DNA from: Kudoa neothunni
Taxonomy: Eukaryota > Animalia > Cnidaria
Assembly: GCA_964304625.1 (NCBI GenBank)
Contig: OZ199838.1
Coordinates: 11,619,608 to 11,683,607, forward strand
Length of the DNA stretch: 64,000 nt
Direction: 5' to 3'
Shown: piece after piece, positions 24,268 to 39,582 of the stretch
Position numbering within the stretch: position 1 is the stretch's first letter
Layout: every line of letters begins with the position of its first letter
Notes under the pieces: generated by a model
Told to the model about the DNA's origin: nothing
Seen by the model: only the letters and a program-made list of their open reading frames with translations
The model's database searches: none
Made by a program: the position numbers and the translations under genes

Positions 24268-26903
24268 TTAGTTACCTGGATTTTCGGATTGATTTGTAGA
24301 AGGTTTTTCGATTGGGGCGCCCAAATCTGCATTATTGCTCAAATGAGTGTCACATCTAAGCATAGAACGATAGCTGTTAATGTATTTGGTGGATATTGGG
24401 TTTTGAATGTGATTTCCCATAAGCATGATACAGCCTATTTGAATATGTGAGTTGATGAATGTGAAAATACAAATATTAGTTAATCACCTTTTTGTCCCTC
24501 GGAAATTTTAATCATCTCATTGGTGAGATCGTACACAATGTCAGCAGGAACGACACTATTATTTGAGTAGCTCGGATGGTTGGTTACAAAATGTCGCATC
24601 CAACAAGCCACAGTAGAATACTTTCCTGACGCGATTCCGCTTATAATATCGATGGATTGATTAACATGCCATCTGGTTTCGATGTGAAGTTGAATACTGT
24701 CAAGATAATTTTGGAGCAAAGGAACGAGTCCGACAAATTCCTCCTTAACCCAAACAAAATGGAACATCAGTAAAAGAACACATTTACGTTTCCATTGATA
24801 ATGACGTTTAAATCAAGCTCAATAGTTTCGCAGCAATCTTTTCCATTCCTCGAGGTGATATCTTTACGTATATGAAACTTTTGAGTTAGGACAGCATCTT
24901 TAAAGTGGGCTCGTTTCATATTCTCGTCGATCTAACAAGAATTATGGGTTGGTTGCTCACTGATAACTCAACTCTATAACTTACCAATGAAATAGGCATA
25001 ACAAGGTCCAAATTGTGAGAGGTCATCAATCGAGTGAGTAGCATGATAAAAACTACAAAAGCAGCATTTCCAAAATCAGTAATTTGGACCTTTAATATTA
25101 ACGTTTGTTAGAATTCTAGTTCTATTCGTGTATGCGAAATGCATAAACTAAGAATCACCTCCAAAGTACGGAACTCTACTCTCCAGCCGATAGAAGTGTT
25201 GGGTGGAGGTGGTTTAAACCGCACCGACTGCCAATTTGTTGATTGAATATTCTAAAAAATTAAGCAGTTATTAGATCAATATGTTTCCCCTAATTAATGC
25301 CTCACTTCGAAATGATCGGTCTCAGCTTCATCATTGATATCCAGTTTCTCTTTGAACACGGAAATAGGATCTCTGATGAAGAGGTGGGCAAAATGTGTCG
25401 CAAGTTGTTCATCAATACCTAAATATATAAGATAGAGCCACAAGTTAATATCTCAAAACCTACCAGCATCCATCAGTTGTTTGATGTACTTTTCATTGCA
25501 CTCAACCCGAATATCATTAAACACAGCATTTTCCGGCGAAATATACATATCAACAGAATCGTATCTGGATTTGGGAATGTGTGGTTTGCCGTCCTCCATA
25601 ATGGTGTATTCTTCTGGAGTGCGATCATCGACTGCTCCAGATATTACACTCCACCTACAATCATAATCCGACAGAAAACCCTTCCAAATGGGAGAGGCAG
25701 CTGAAAGAGCCATAAAAAGGGGCGCCAACGGCACGAGTTGATCATATAAAAATCTCGCCTCATTGATATTACAAGCTTGCAAGGTCAACTGCAAACAACT
25801 ACATCCCATTCCAAAGCCCATACAATCCATGTAGATCTGGTCCTTTTTTCTGGAGTTGATTGCCTGTCGATCAGTATCCAAATGTTCCGGTATCGGATCA
25901 TAAAATGGAGATGGAGTGTTTACATCTTTATAAACTAGATACATTGATGTTATTTCTCATCATCAAACTCGTATAAGTAAAATTACCTGGAACGTATATT
26001 TGCTGTTTTTTACCACGTCTTGAGCGTATATTTCTGGTAAGATTACTAGAAAAAGATTTAAAATATTAAATTATCAATCAATAAAATTTACCAAAATCTA
26101 GGATGAGCTTGAAAAATCGCCTTGTCCGGAAAGTACAATGAGCGGGACACTGGATTCACTTTATCCACGTCATGTATATCTACTTTTGGCTCTGTAAAAC
26201 CTTTACAGCCCAACCTATTGATAAAAACAATTAAAATTTAACACATTTAACAACTATCAACCTTGGAAATGCCGCATAATTAACCAACTTCACATTAGGA
26301 TATTTCTGAAGGCATTTCATGGCTTCCATACGTCTAATTGAAAAAGAGTGAGTAGTACTGGTAACAAAAAATAACAATTATCCATTTCCATACCTTAAGT
26401 ACATGCTTGTTTCAACATATCGAAGTCTGCAAAGAGAACAGCAAAATGGCTTGCCGGGCGTACCTTCAATCATATAGTTTGCGTATTCAACCCGCCAACA
26501 AGAATCAATATTCCTAAATAAAGATAGACATTATTAATAAAAAAAATTATGAGAACATTAATAAATTAGTTAATGTACATTTCATCGATTTTTTCTGGTA
26601 TCTGTAACTCTTCGAGCACTTTATCGGCAATCAAAGCCAATCTAACATCTTTGTTGGCATCGTCCATGTAAATTAAGGTGTACTCAATCTAGGAAAAACA
26701 TGAAAGCGACAATAGCATTTAAGAACGAGGTTCGAAAATCTAAGTCATGATACTTCATCGCCCCATTTTAATCGATCCAGGTCTCTGTCTTTAACCCGAT
26801 TATATAGAGCAATCAATTGTTTTATTCCATGATCACGTATGTGTTCGGCGTATTTTTTGCTTTCCTCCCATCCAAGAGGTGTACCTTGAGATAGTAGACC
26901 CAT
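24268..26903 (-). CDS. GCLC: Glutamate-cysteine ligase catalytic subunit, about 12 coding exons
   Basis: Motifs [70 protein letters not shown] and GWRVEFR. All junctions read were GT-AG and in frame. Stop at 24270-24268. Confidence 0.96.
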
Positions 26904-28374
26904 AATTCTAGAATAGGTATCATTCAGTAGGTAAACAATGTAAATCCCAAGTTATGCTAACAACGATTCCATTAATACACACTCGATATCAACCAAAACC
27001 CAATTAAAATATCAAACAATGACAAGTCTCCAGCATTAATTATGATCGGAAGCTACGGATTACCATCAGGTCATAAAGTTAATGCCCACTAATGAAAGAT
27101 AGATTATATGAGCAATCAAAATTCAACTCAAGCAATAACAACATAGGATCCGATTAATGAGGGTTCAGTGTGCAAGTCAATATACGATACAACTAAAAGC
27201 AACCTGGAGCATACCGAAATCGAGTTCGTAAATCGACTCAGGTACAAAATGAATTTAAATAATAATCCTTCCGTCAGTAGAGCGCTTGGTAGTAACACCA
27301 ACCAAAATTATTGTTTAACTAAAGTCAATACAACATAGTCGGACCAGAAACCTATATTTTCTTCATTTAATTAAGGAATAATGTCTAGAACCATCCCGAA
27401 ATCACCTACTTATCGGTTAATAGAATCCAACTTGATTATGCGACTACTTCTACTGATGCTTGACAACGTGTATGCTATTCAAAAAACAAGAGCATTCAGC
27501 TATATTCGTAGCTTCCAGTCTACAACATTCGTTAATTTTTCCGTAATCTTCCTTTGCATGGGTAAGCTTCCTTATAATCTCTCCTGAATTATTATTGAAC
27601 TTCATTGCTTTATGTTACTTTTGTAATATATTAAAGTTATTTTTATACATGTTTTAATCAAATTAAGAAGTTCATATAAAGCCTAATACTAAAGTGTCAA
27701 ATATACATTTCCAACTCGTTTGATTCATTTTTAATTGAAGCTTTGTTTAAAAACATTATTTAAATATAATTTGTGATTTATTAAAGTGTATCTTTCACAA
27801 TTTATTATATATTAACTTATATATTTTCAATTATAATTTTATAATTGTATAAATTAAAATCTAGTGGATTTTAAAATTTTACCGTGTAAAAATGTTCATT
27901 TTATTCTAAATTATGGTTTATCGCTATACAACTAATATTTCTAATTTGTTAAAATTAAAAATATTTTTTCGGAAAAACTAAAATATATTATAATTCATTT
28001 AATAAAATTTATATCTTATAAAACTTTAAATAAAAAATACATAATCTGGTTTATTTCATTCAAGAACAATTGTTTTGAGCAATAAGTTTTGATGTGATTT
28101 ATAAATAAAATATTTCAAAATTTATATATATTTTTTTTCTTAATTAGAATTCAAACCGTAGGTGTAGTTTATATTTATAATATTTTTAAATATAGTCAAA
28201 TTAAATCAATTTTCGACCTAAAATACATAGATTATTTTGATAATCCATCACAATAAATTCGACATGTTTCAGATAGTTTCAAGCATATACAAAATTAAAA
28301 TGTGTATTGTTTGGGCTCCTATTAACAATGTTAATATAGATTTTAAAAAAATGATTCTATCACAATTTCTTTAA

Positions 28375-29412
28375 CCCTGCCGGTACTGACTGGTATATAT
28401 CAGAACCCCAAATTGACTATTTTTTTCTACATTGATGTATTTTTGGTAATTTACTTTGAAAATTCTCAAGTCCCTGTATTAAGGACGTTTCTATCTGAAG
28501 ATAAAATTTATAATTTATTGGCTAAATATTTATACATAAAATAAGACATAGTTTTTCAAATTTCATTAAATAGTTATTGTATTACTTTCTAAACCTCATA
28601 TATTTATTATAAATATAATTTTCTTTCATCAAAACGAAAACGCGAACCGTGAAAAGCAATATTTATTTTTGAATATAGTCAACAATGAATTAATGATAAT
28701 GAATCTGACTAATTATTCCAGTTGTTTTCGTTTTCGCATGTTAGAGTAACAATATTTTTTATAAATTTTTTGCTTTTCCAGGGTTTTAATGATTCCTAAC
28801 AACAATTTAAACATTTAGGAACATATTAAATTGCTAATATAAGAGTTGTAACCAAAGTCAGTTAATGCGCGATCACCTTTTAAGCTATGGCTCGTAGATT
28901 TGAACTCCATCCACGACCATTCATTAAATCTATCTGAAAATAATTATCATAATGAAATATTATATGTTTTTTGTTTCAAGAATATCGATTCACTTGATAA
29001 TAATACTAATCCTAAATTTTATTATATCACCGATTATTATTGAAGAAATGTCTACACACTACATTAATGGATGTATCTGGAGTTTATTGCTACGTAAGTG
29101 TTCATTCATCCTAGGTTATAAGCCATTTTGGTGATGGAATCAATATTATTGATTGTTTAAGGAGTGTGAAATATACCTTTAGGCTTTTAGTTTTACATTA
29201 TGCCAATAATGTTGCTGATAAATAAATTCACTTAAATAACTCCAGAAACAGCAATCCACTGTATATCTGCTATGGAAATGTTAAGCAAGGTGTGTTGTTT
29301 ACGATATATAAAATTGAGATAAATAGAATAATTTTAAAGCATATTTCGTCTGGAGTCACGTAATACCCCAGTCAGGAACACTCGTTTTGTTTCAGAAGTT
29401 AGTGCAGGAAGG
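28375..29412 (+). mobile_element. piggyBac-derived internal-deletion element (MITE-like)
   Basis: TTAA|ccctgccggtactgact versus agttagtgcaggaagg|TTAA. Subterminal inverted repeat tgactgg...cca at ~28386 and ~29350-29374. Only highly degraded transposase C-terminal traces remain inside. Confidence 0.7.
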
Positions 29413-31139
29413 TTAAAGCTAAAATTTAACATGGTTTGTAAAATTAAAATTCAATATTTTCTAATGGAACATAAATAAGTCCCTTATGTGATACTGTTAA
29501 TCGTTCCTTGATCTAAAACCGTGTGTAATGCGATTACTTATAAAAACATAATAAAATCATTTGTTTATTAAAATAATAGGGTTATAATTTTTTTAATATT
29601 CGCACTTATTTTACAATATCTATGGCGGAAAATTCGTGACATGAAACTTAATAAGTTTCCTCATAACACAGATTAAATAGATTAATTTTTAAGAAATCCC
29701 GAGGTAATCCTTATTATTAATTTATATCTAAAAAAGTAAAGTTTAAGCACGTTGTGATACAATTTCACATTCACCGAAAGCATGTTCAAGATGATAATCT
29801 GCTGGCGGCATTTTTTAAAGCAAAATTATTCATCTAATGACTTTAAAATATTTATTAAATAACATGAAATATTGTCTCATGATTTAGGAGTGTTTATTGA
29901 ATAATACAAATGTAACTTAGCCATTAAACAAAAATTTAGTCACTGTAAACAAGCTTAAAAATTGAATGCATGAATTTTTATTATATGCAAAATAACCAAC
30001 GGCAGCATATATCGTAGATACTAAAATTCAAAATCTATCTAGTTTGATCATGGGAAATCTTTATATTTTATTAGGAAAATATGGTTCATAAGCCCTTAAG
30101 TGTCATGGTATTTCAGGAAGTATTCCCGAACTATGGTGGATTATTACTCGAAGATTAACTTGTATGTTTGTTAAAGTTTACTTTAAAATTTTTTTATACA
30201 CAATAAGCGATTATTTATCAGTAAAAATCCACTAATAAATTTAATAGAAAAAAATTCTGATTTATTGGCAATTTAATCCGCGGGAAGTAGTTGATTTTTT
30301 TTTAATTTTACGAAACATTACATAAGTGGAATAGATAGTTAAAAATTAAACCGCCCCAATTATTATTAGAGAGTTAATAGGATGATCAGGTTTTTATAAA
30401 TGCGTACTAACGGGCTAATTTTAAAGATTTTATTCTTCAAACAAACAAGCCATAAGTTCCCTATTAAGCTATCGGAATAACTCTCCAATGTGGTTTTTGA
30501 AAAACATCTGAGATATAAATTATTAAAATAGAATTTAGAATGAATACTCCAAAAAGTTTGGGTTGATTAGTTGATTTGATTACGCAAACTAAGAGAGGAT
30601 AAAAAAGCTTACCTTGAAAATCTTTGAGCCAGTGAGGATAGACCGAAAACTATTTCCAACCAACAGTATTCTCAAGAGTAAAAAGACAAAAATAAATTAA
30701 TGTTGTGTGAAGGTGGTAAAATTAGTGAATAGCTAAAAAATATATTATCCATTGAGTCAATATATTGGAACTAACCAAATAAAAACAGTAAATGAACCAA
30801 TCAATCGGCGCAATTACCACAATAACAACCCTTAACCAATACAATCAATGGAAAAGGTGTGAGCTGGTGATAATGCATTCAATGCTGAACAAAAATAAAT
30901 GAATAAAGCACAACTATTAACTATTACCTTGGGAGTGGTTTCAAGTCAACAATTAGATTTTAATATCTCAATACGTTTGAGCAATCAAAAAAACACCAAC
31001 AAACAAAATCATACAAAAACAAAACTAATGCAATAGAGTAATAGAGTGTAGGTGGGAAACGGTCAAAATTATTAAAATACATAACCCTACGCACAATAAA
31101 TTCAAGGGGTTGTTTATATCCAAGTCGAGGGCGATTATG

Positions 31140-33349
31140 CTATGGTGTGTCAAGAAGATCGTTTCGAGGTATTGATCTATTGGAATGATTGTGATAGTTA
31201 CTGTTATCAATATCTGATATCGAATCCTTATAAAAGTTATTTGACAAGGTTGCAGCGGTGGTAGTAGCCGATTCAATTCGATTTTCGTCAAACATATAAC
31301 TCTGATTTGTAAGTAGGTAATTATGTGAATCCCTATAAAATGACATCCCAAAGATTAAACATAATTAATACAGAAATAAAATTAATTAAAGATGTATCCA
31401 AATACCAAAACAGTCCCATTTCAATTGCACTATTATCAATGTAATTAGTTTTGCGGGGAGTTAGAACCGACACTGGATCGTACGAAGCAGCGGCTGACAA
31501 TGAATTATCGATTTTAATTGGTGTTTTAAACTCAACCACAGTAGTAGTTTGACAGGAATTTATCGTTTTTATTGGCGACACCAAATTTGGATTATTTTCA
31601 TCAATAATTGAATCATTATTAAAGCACGGTCTAATTGAGGTGGTGGGAGACTCGTTGTGGTTGAGATTGAGAGTGTAGATAGTAGGTGGAGGGAGATTTT
31701 GGTCGGTGTCATTAACAACCAGATTGAAGCTGATATTTCTTAACTAAACAACCAATTACACTAACACACATCGCTACAATTTACATGATCAGTACGATCT
31801 ATATTAAAAGTAGTTCTAGGGTCAGACCTAAGATAGAGTGTATTTTTGGAAGGCGATTCAGTATGCTGAAGCATATCCGAGCATATGTAGGTTCTAAATA
31901 GTGAGGAGGTTACAGAAATCATCATCTATTCATTCAATGGAGCTCTAATTACAATGATTGATTCTTTTCAAAACTTTTCTCAATCAATCCATACAGTAGA
32001 TCAATATCATTACAAAGTCTATTATAAAAATGTTTGAGATTCCTCTCTCGATTAACTTTTTCAACGTCCACACATTGATGTTTGGTGGCACTCTTTGAAC
32101 TAGATATACCACCAACTAAATCACACTAATCATTCCAGCATAACTTACACCCATCTAATATGATTTTTAGCTGCTTTTTCCACTATACCAATCCCTTCCA
32201 ACACATTGGTCACATCGTAAATACGTCTTTTCGGCATAGCCAATACTTTCACTGCTTGATTCAAATCTATTCCTTGGGAGGGTGGATATTGTTGGAGAAG
32301 GCCGATAAATTTGAGCGCCAACTTACCAAGCGATGTTTCTATTTTACTGCTACCGACATTAGTTCTCGTTGATTTAAAGTTGGAGGAGCGAGTTGGTAGG
32401 GACTTTTTGGGTGGAACTGAGCCCACATCGTTGATACCAATAGGACTCAACGATTGGTTAAATAATGAATAATTCATTGCTATTTCAGTAGCATCAGCTT
32501 CGGTCAGGTTCACATTGTGTGTGTTATTCGCAAGATAAGGGTCTGATGCTGGATTTACCGCATAAGGAGGATACATGGCAGCGATGTGCATATCTATATC
32601 AATTTTAAATTTGCACCAGGGGGATTGGAGGAAATATTACTGTTCTCAGTGTCGAGGTCGGGCAATGCATTTCCAAAATACAAAGGAGTATTATTGGAAC
32701 AACTGTTGGGATCTATTTTGGTGGTAGGTCTATCCAAACAGACAGAACTAGTATGGTCGTCCTTGAAAGGGTTTGAAATCGACCCTCGAGTGGTTTCATT
32801 AGAATTCAACGAGGAAAGTGAGATGGCTGGAACTGGTCGCATTGGTAGAGGTGTTTTTATAATAGTTGTGGGGTCAAAATAAGCTGGAACCCCAGCAGGA
32901 AAATCATTACAACAACCCGCGCCCATATTTGGATCAATCATTGAGCTGCTGTTATTAAGTACTCCACCACAATGATCCATCATAGAATTTGATGATGGCG
33001 TGGTATATGGGTGATTAGTGTTATCATTAGAAGTAGGAGTTGGAAAGTTGTTGTGGTTCATCGAATAGAAAATAGTGTTACTCCCAGCAGGAGTCAACGA
33101 AATCTCGTGTGGCGCTAACGATAAACCAGTCCCATCTTGAGAATTCACCATATAATTTCCAACTAGTAGGTTATTGTTGGGCATTGTGGTTTGGTTGCCG
33201 TACATGGCGTTGCAGGATGGATTTGATGTTGGCACACAGGAGTAGACATTGTTTGTGGATGCCACATCTACATAATGGATCGGCCACACCTTACTCATAT
33301 TCAACTGATTTCCGCCATTGTTATTATGGTTATGTGGTACATAACTCAT
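31140..33349 (-). CDS. E2F: Divergent E2F-family transcription factor, 6 coding exons
   Basis: DNA-binding domain ETSLGKLALKF...IDLNQAVKVLAMPKRRIYDVTNVLEGIGIVEKAAKNHIRW, followed by coiled-coil and marked-box-like segments. Introns 32594-32640 (47 nt), 32100-32148 (49 nt) and three more downstream all keep frame. Confidence 0.9.
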
Positions 33350-36300
33350 CGTAAAAATCTAGAATACAACCATCTTACATTTGAGTCAGCAAAAACGTAT
33401 TTTAATGATTATTTGCAGTTATATTTGTCCAAAAAATTATAAAGGTTCCGTAATAATAACATAATGATGACAACAGTAATGCAATATAGTTTCGTGATTA
33501 TTATTAGAAAACAATATCGATTATTTTTTGATCAAAAAAACATAAACAACCTACCAACAATATCTAATATAGCTGCTACAGCTAATGACAAAGATTATGA
33601 CTGTAAAATAGACGGCTATCCTGTCGAGTTGACTGTCCACCTCACAAAACGAGCACACTTACGGCCAACACAACCACTATTGGTAGTATTCAATGAGTTC
33701 AACAACTGTCAACTACTAGCTGAGCAACCTCGACGACAGATTACAACTTTAAATACGACGCGAAAATTGAGCGCATTCAATAAACCTATCAGCAACTAAG
33801 TCCTTATTATCCACATAAAATCATTATTTTTTCGTAAACATAAATTTGGGGCACTATAAAAATCTATAGGGTGATTAGGAAAATTTTTAATACATTCAAA
33901 AATCATATAAATCTAGTTATCTATATTTTTTGTGTTGCAATCACAACTAATGAGCACCCTTTGATCCCCATGTTGTACCATGGGCCCCACATTATCCTTC
34001 TATCGTGTGCGTCGTTACGTTTCAAGGTATTAAGACAAATCGTGCAGTATTAGAAATGATTTGTTAGTGTGAGTGTTCCCAGTTGCGATTCTATTTTTAT
34101 CTCATATGTAATCTTTTTAATGTAAATATATTTTCATCAGGTTGATTCTAGTTGTGCTGTATTTCCCAATTATTATTCAAGCATGTTATAATTCCTGTGG
34201 GAAAATTCATTTTTGTTAATACCATTTATATGTGTGGCATCGCCTGGTGGCTTTCCCATCCTGGTTGATCGACCTAAATACGTTCGGACACATTTTATAA
34301 GGATAAGATTTATTGTTTAATTCTATGGATAAGATTATTTGAGGATAAATCTCGAGTAGACCTGCTCAGTTCTAGTTAAATCCGCCATTCTTATCGGTTT
34401 GAAAGATTTATATTCGCTATCTCATTCATTCTCCTACAGATGGACTTGTTATTATTATTATTAGGAGTCTATTTCAATCGATACACGTTCACGTTTTTAT
34501 TTATAATTTATTTAAGTTTATTTTTACAATTTTGAGGAAATTAATTATTGGCAAAGACGTTGAATTATGATTGTTAGAACTTGGTAAATTTCCGGCATAA
34601 TTATCGGATTAATTCGTTGGTAATGTAGATTTAATCATGACACAGCTTGATTTTTTTTCGAGAAGAAAGCTCTCTTCAGTCTAATTAATTATTGCTTCTG
34701 TTTTTAATTGCAAAATAATTTCTGAGTTTATACATCAAATGTTGGCGGTGAATAAGAATGCGATTCCTAATAAGCAGCTTCATAATCAACCAAAAATAAT
34801 ATTTATTTTATAAATATTATTTTTCTCCCTTTAAATAAACTGGTTGATAAAATTAATAATTGACAAAGTAGAGCTTAAACGTTTAATTTCGTTTATACTC
34901 GAATTAATTCGGAAACATTCTGTCCTCTAATATTGTTCGATTATTTATTGATTGTTCTCTTATTTTTATTCTCTCTAAATAGATTAAATTTTAATTCATA
35001 AAATAAGCTTATAAATAAGAGTTACATATCATTTACATCTTCGAGACCGATAACGTTTAATCCTTTATTTTTGTTTATTTATTATTGTATTTGTTTACTT
35101 CAGCATTTAAAAACTTTCACTCGGAATTGTTGTCATGAAGCCTTAAGATTCTAATATAAATCATTTTTCAAATGCATCAATGTATACATATAAAACTACG
35201 CTTGAATATATAAACAATTCGTTTATTAGCAGACAGCAGCAGAAATGTTAACTTTTTCAGGCATTAAAACATCGCTGATTAATCTCATTATCGACAAGGT
35301 TCTGCTACGATGTGGGGAAACAACTGTTCTGTTGATTTAAATTTTTTAACCCGAAACATTAGGTTCCACGAGAATAAAATATGGAAAATACTTTTAATTT
35401 TTGTTTTTTTAATATAATTAAATTAAGATAAAAAATTTTTAACTAATTAATACCATTCATTAAACAAATTTATTTTTATATCTCATTTTGGTAATTAACC
35501 ATTTATAAAAGAGTTTTCCTGAATATTTATTGTAAACAAATATTAACGCTAAAATTTTATTTGCGTATATGAACGTTCTATTCGAGTTATTCGGATAAAC
35601 TATCTTTTTCGGTCTGATACTTTTTGAGATATATCCATCCCTCTACTTAAAGATAATAGAAAAGGTACTACGTAAAGATAGAAGGAGTTTGTCAATCACA
35701 CATTATAAATTCTACAATAATTTATGAATTTTAAATTAAAGAAGCGTTTCCTAAACTTCAGTGATATGACCAACATGTGAGTCACAGGTAGAATTTTTGT
35801 GGTTACGAAAAATTTTTCACTTGTTATTGAAGGTGCAGAAAACGCGGGCCGATAACGTATAGTAAAATACGAGGATAAAAAATGTTTGTTGAAGTTTAGG
35901 ATTCGATGTATATTATTCAGTTAAAATATTACATTAACTAAAAATACATAATGTTGATTCTTAAGTTCGTTTTTTTTCGTATACGCACGAAAAATCCTTC
36001 CTTTTATAAATCTGAAACATATGTGACTTAATTTTTCTGGCAGTTAGATTTTAAATACCAAAAAACGAAGCCATTCATTCATTTCTGGGGGTGGTTAGTT
36101 TCATGGCGCACAGCAGCTTTTTCCCCATATTATTTTTGTTTTTATTTACTTAATACTTCAAAAAGCTACTCGCGAAATAATTATTTTTATTAATAGTATT
36201 TAAAAAGAACATTACACATTAAAACTAACTGTTAAAATCTGAAGATATTTCCAACATTTCGGTCTGCGCGCAGAATTAATAACTATAATCCAGGTAACAA

Positions 36301-36807
36301 ACGCACCATTAATCGTAAATTTTTTTGTAATGTGAATTTTATTATTTTTTAAGATTTATTAGTACGAAAAGAAAGATTTTCTGACAAAGTAACGTGCTCA
36401 GTAGCCATTCCATGAAAAAGTATTGCGCATGTTCTCGATTAAATTTGTAAATAAAATATTTAGTATAAACTATTATAGTATTTACATATGACATTTTAAA
36501 AATTGTGAAATTACCTTTTATTTATAACTTGTTGAATTGCTTATAAATTTTTTTTCAACTATGAAGAACATTTTCATGATTTGAAAACGTTTATTTAGTA
36601 AATATAATAAAATCGTCGTGACAATTTATAGGGAAATAGTTAATTAAAATTTTTGTCTTGGATTTAAAATCTATATAAAAATTTACAAACTAAAAAATAT
36701 ATTTTCTTTTAGAAATAAGATGTCTATTTTATATTATCTGAAGAATAAATATCTGTTTTACACAAAGACTCCAGTAGTAAATGGAGCATGCGCAACTGTA
36801 TGCAATA

Positions 36808-38708
36808 TAGGAAACAACTGATTATCCGGAAATGAAGCTGTTTAAAGGACATTCTGAGCTTAATTAAGGTTTTATTGCAATTAACTATTGAAAAATATTC
36901 GATAAACCGATATTTCGTTGACCTAAAAAATATAAATATAAATGTATTTAAAAATTTTATACTACATAGAAATAAAACATTAATTAAATAAAATCTAAAT
37001 TAAAATATTAAATTTTTTTTCGTCTTTCTTCATTATAGATTCTAATTAAGATTTCCAGTCAGACACAACATCATCGCTCACGGTACTAGAATCTCCATGA
37101 AAGTTAAATCTATCCAAACTCACTTAACCAACAGATTCACAGAAAGAGTCAAACAACTTGACAACCAAGGAAAATTATTTGATAAAAAACATCCACTCAT
37201 TAAAAACTATTCTCAAGATCATATGGAATTATATCACACTTTTTGGAAATAATAATGAACGGCCAGTTAACTACGATGAATAACTGACGACACCTGAATG
37301 CTAATAAATTCATGCTCAACGTCTGAATACGTTGTCATTAATAGCCTAAATAGTTTAGTTGGAAGGAGTTTTAAGCCTGTGATTTAAAACAGAAAAGTCA
37401 TTAGCGAGACACTTTCTTTTCTAACGATTTCTGCGTGTGCGAAAACTAAACATAATCGATAGCAAATGATTTATAAATTTAAGCTACTCTCTACTTCTAC
37501 TCTAGATGGCATCTTGAGAAAGAAAAAGGATATGCTTGTAACTAATGAAACAGGCTTGGTTCCTTCCAAGAGAAAAATATCTTAAATAGAGTTCAAATAA
37601 TGAATCTATATTTTAGTATATGACTGGATGAACTTATTGAGATCCAAAAAATTGAATTATCTACCTATGCCATCATCTAAAAAAGACCAATTGGCAAAAG
37701 AATTAAACCTAAGCGTAGTGGTGATGCTTATATTAACTCAAGTGTTGTAGAAAATTGGCATTCTAAATTGGATGATTAAGTTAAAGGTTACAACGATGGC
37801 TGTATCTATAATCTTGACGAAACTGCACCATTTCACCAATAACAAAAAGGGACATTATTTTTAATGGTGTGTTTGGATGTTTTTAAAGAATAGCTATGTT
37901 TTGTGGATAGAAAAAAAATTTAAAACGGAGTTATTGTTTTATTGTGTGCATCTATGCCCGGATAACGCATTAAACCTCTTGTGACTGGAAATCACAAAAG
38001 ACCTCGCTGTTTTAAAAAGGCTAAAACATTTCTAGTAAAATCCGAATCAAGCAGGAAGGAATGGATGGCTAGGGTAATATTTTAGTAATATCTTTCTAAT
38101 TTTAACAGTATATTAAAAATTAAGAACAAGGAAGTTTTTCTATTTCTTAATAATACCATTTGCAAACCCTAAATTCAATTGTCCAATACCTCTCCTGTAT
38201 TTCTTCAAAAAAAATTTGACTAACGTTTTTCAAAGAATACTGTATTTAACTGCTTCAGAAAATGTGGATTTCCTGCAGCCGGTGAATGCGAACGTTCATC
38301 CAATATCAATATAAGCAGTACATAATTCTCAAGTGAAATTTTCGAGAAGACTCAAGAAGAAACCATTCCGCCTACATCAAAACACTTTGACGAACTTACA
38401 CCTTTAATTGTTGAATTTAATAATTCCGAGACTGAAGATAAAGAGGTTGTGGAATGTACAATATCAAAACATTTATTTAAATATTCAAACATGCAGAAGA
38501 AAAAATATATGACGGAGAGGAATCGATTGTCAAGACGAAATAATGAATTTAGATCATAAAATTACAACATACATATTCAAAGATGTAACATATTAATTTA
38601 ATAAAAATATGTGATTGTATGAATGATATTAGTTTCTTTAAATAGCTATGTATTATCTGTAACCTTTCCGTAGTCCAAAAGGAATTACGGATATTTGGTT
38701 ACTTACTT
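36808..38708 (+). mobile_element. Decayed Tigger/pogo element
   Basis: Fragments IYNLDET, VIVLLCASMPG*RIKPLVTGNHKRPRCFK, EWM and VFLFLNN follow the TIGD/pogo motif order. Degenerate terminal repeats: ...attatccggaa and ttacggatat... Confidence 0.78.
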
Positions 38709-39582
38709 TATAATTATTTAATTATATGGGAATTTATTTCAAAGAAATCGAATAATAATTTCGATTTCAGACAAATGAAGTTATCAGACTAAATCGATAA
38801 AGTACTAGTTCTAATTTTTAAACCAGATATAATATTCTGGATTAAATAAAATTAGTATATAATTGTTATATAACGTACGCAAAACTTTATGTTCATATTT
38901 AATCATAAAACAGAACGTATTTTTTTGAATTATTATATCTAATTATAATATTTTAATCGTGTATCAATTTTATTTATAAAATAAAATAAAGCTATTGATA
39001 TTGAATATATATATATATATATATACAGTTTAATTTTATTTTTTTATATGTTATAAACACTGCATATAGGTGAGCATATTCCTTTATCCGACATTTATAG
39101 ATAACTTGGCGATTGAAAAATGCACTGTTTTATTTTATCAATTCATCTCTAAATATAGACGAAATTTTAACGTCTTTAAGTTGAATTTTTTTCGTTTTCA
39201 ATTATATCCCCTTTTAAAAATTAATATTATTTCGTAAATGCATCTGAATTTTCATTAGTTTCTAAATAAAACTTTAGTGCTCATGACTATTTTTAACGAC
39301 CACATATAAATGCGTATTTTATATCCATTCTCTTTTAAATAATTTTCATATTTTATCAACTTTTCGCAATTTTAAATAAATAATATTAAAAGAGTTTATT
39401 TAAGTCAATACTATTGATATGTATTATTCGCAGTTCTTTTTTGTAGAAAATTTAAATATGGTAATAATTAATTTTTTTAATACATATATGTTTCAATGAC
39501 CAATCACATGCTATCATGATAAGAAAAAATTGTGTTATAGCTTTTTATAAATTTGTTTTGAATTTTTTCTAAGCTCTCGACT

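Noticed and set aside
32100-32148. Apparent frameshift after the E2F DNA-binding domain when the first TTTAG acceptor is used
   Set aside because: A downstream CTAG acceptor gives a typical 49-nt intron and restores the frame.
32594-32616. Possible 23-nt ultra-short intron in E2F
   Set aside because: An upstream GTAATA donor in the same phase gives a modal-size 47-nt intron, which is more parsimonious.
33464-33799. 111-aa ORF divergent from E2F, with a nearby TTTCGCG (E2F-like site)
   Set aside because: The ORF has no recognisable motif and is likely E2F 5' UTR or promoter. TTTCGCG also occurs at unrelated places (11486, 52605).
35830-36295. Possible second hAT MITE (gcgggcc ... cggtctgcgcg)
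   Set aside because: Only subterminal-like words are visible. No terminal repeat pair or target-site duplication could be established.
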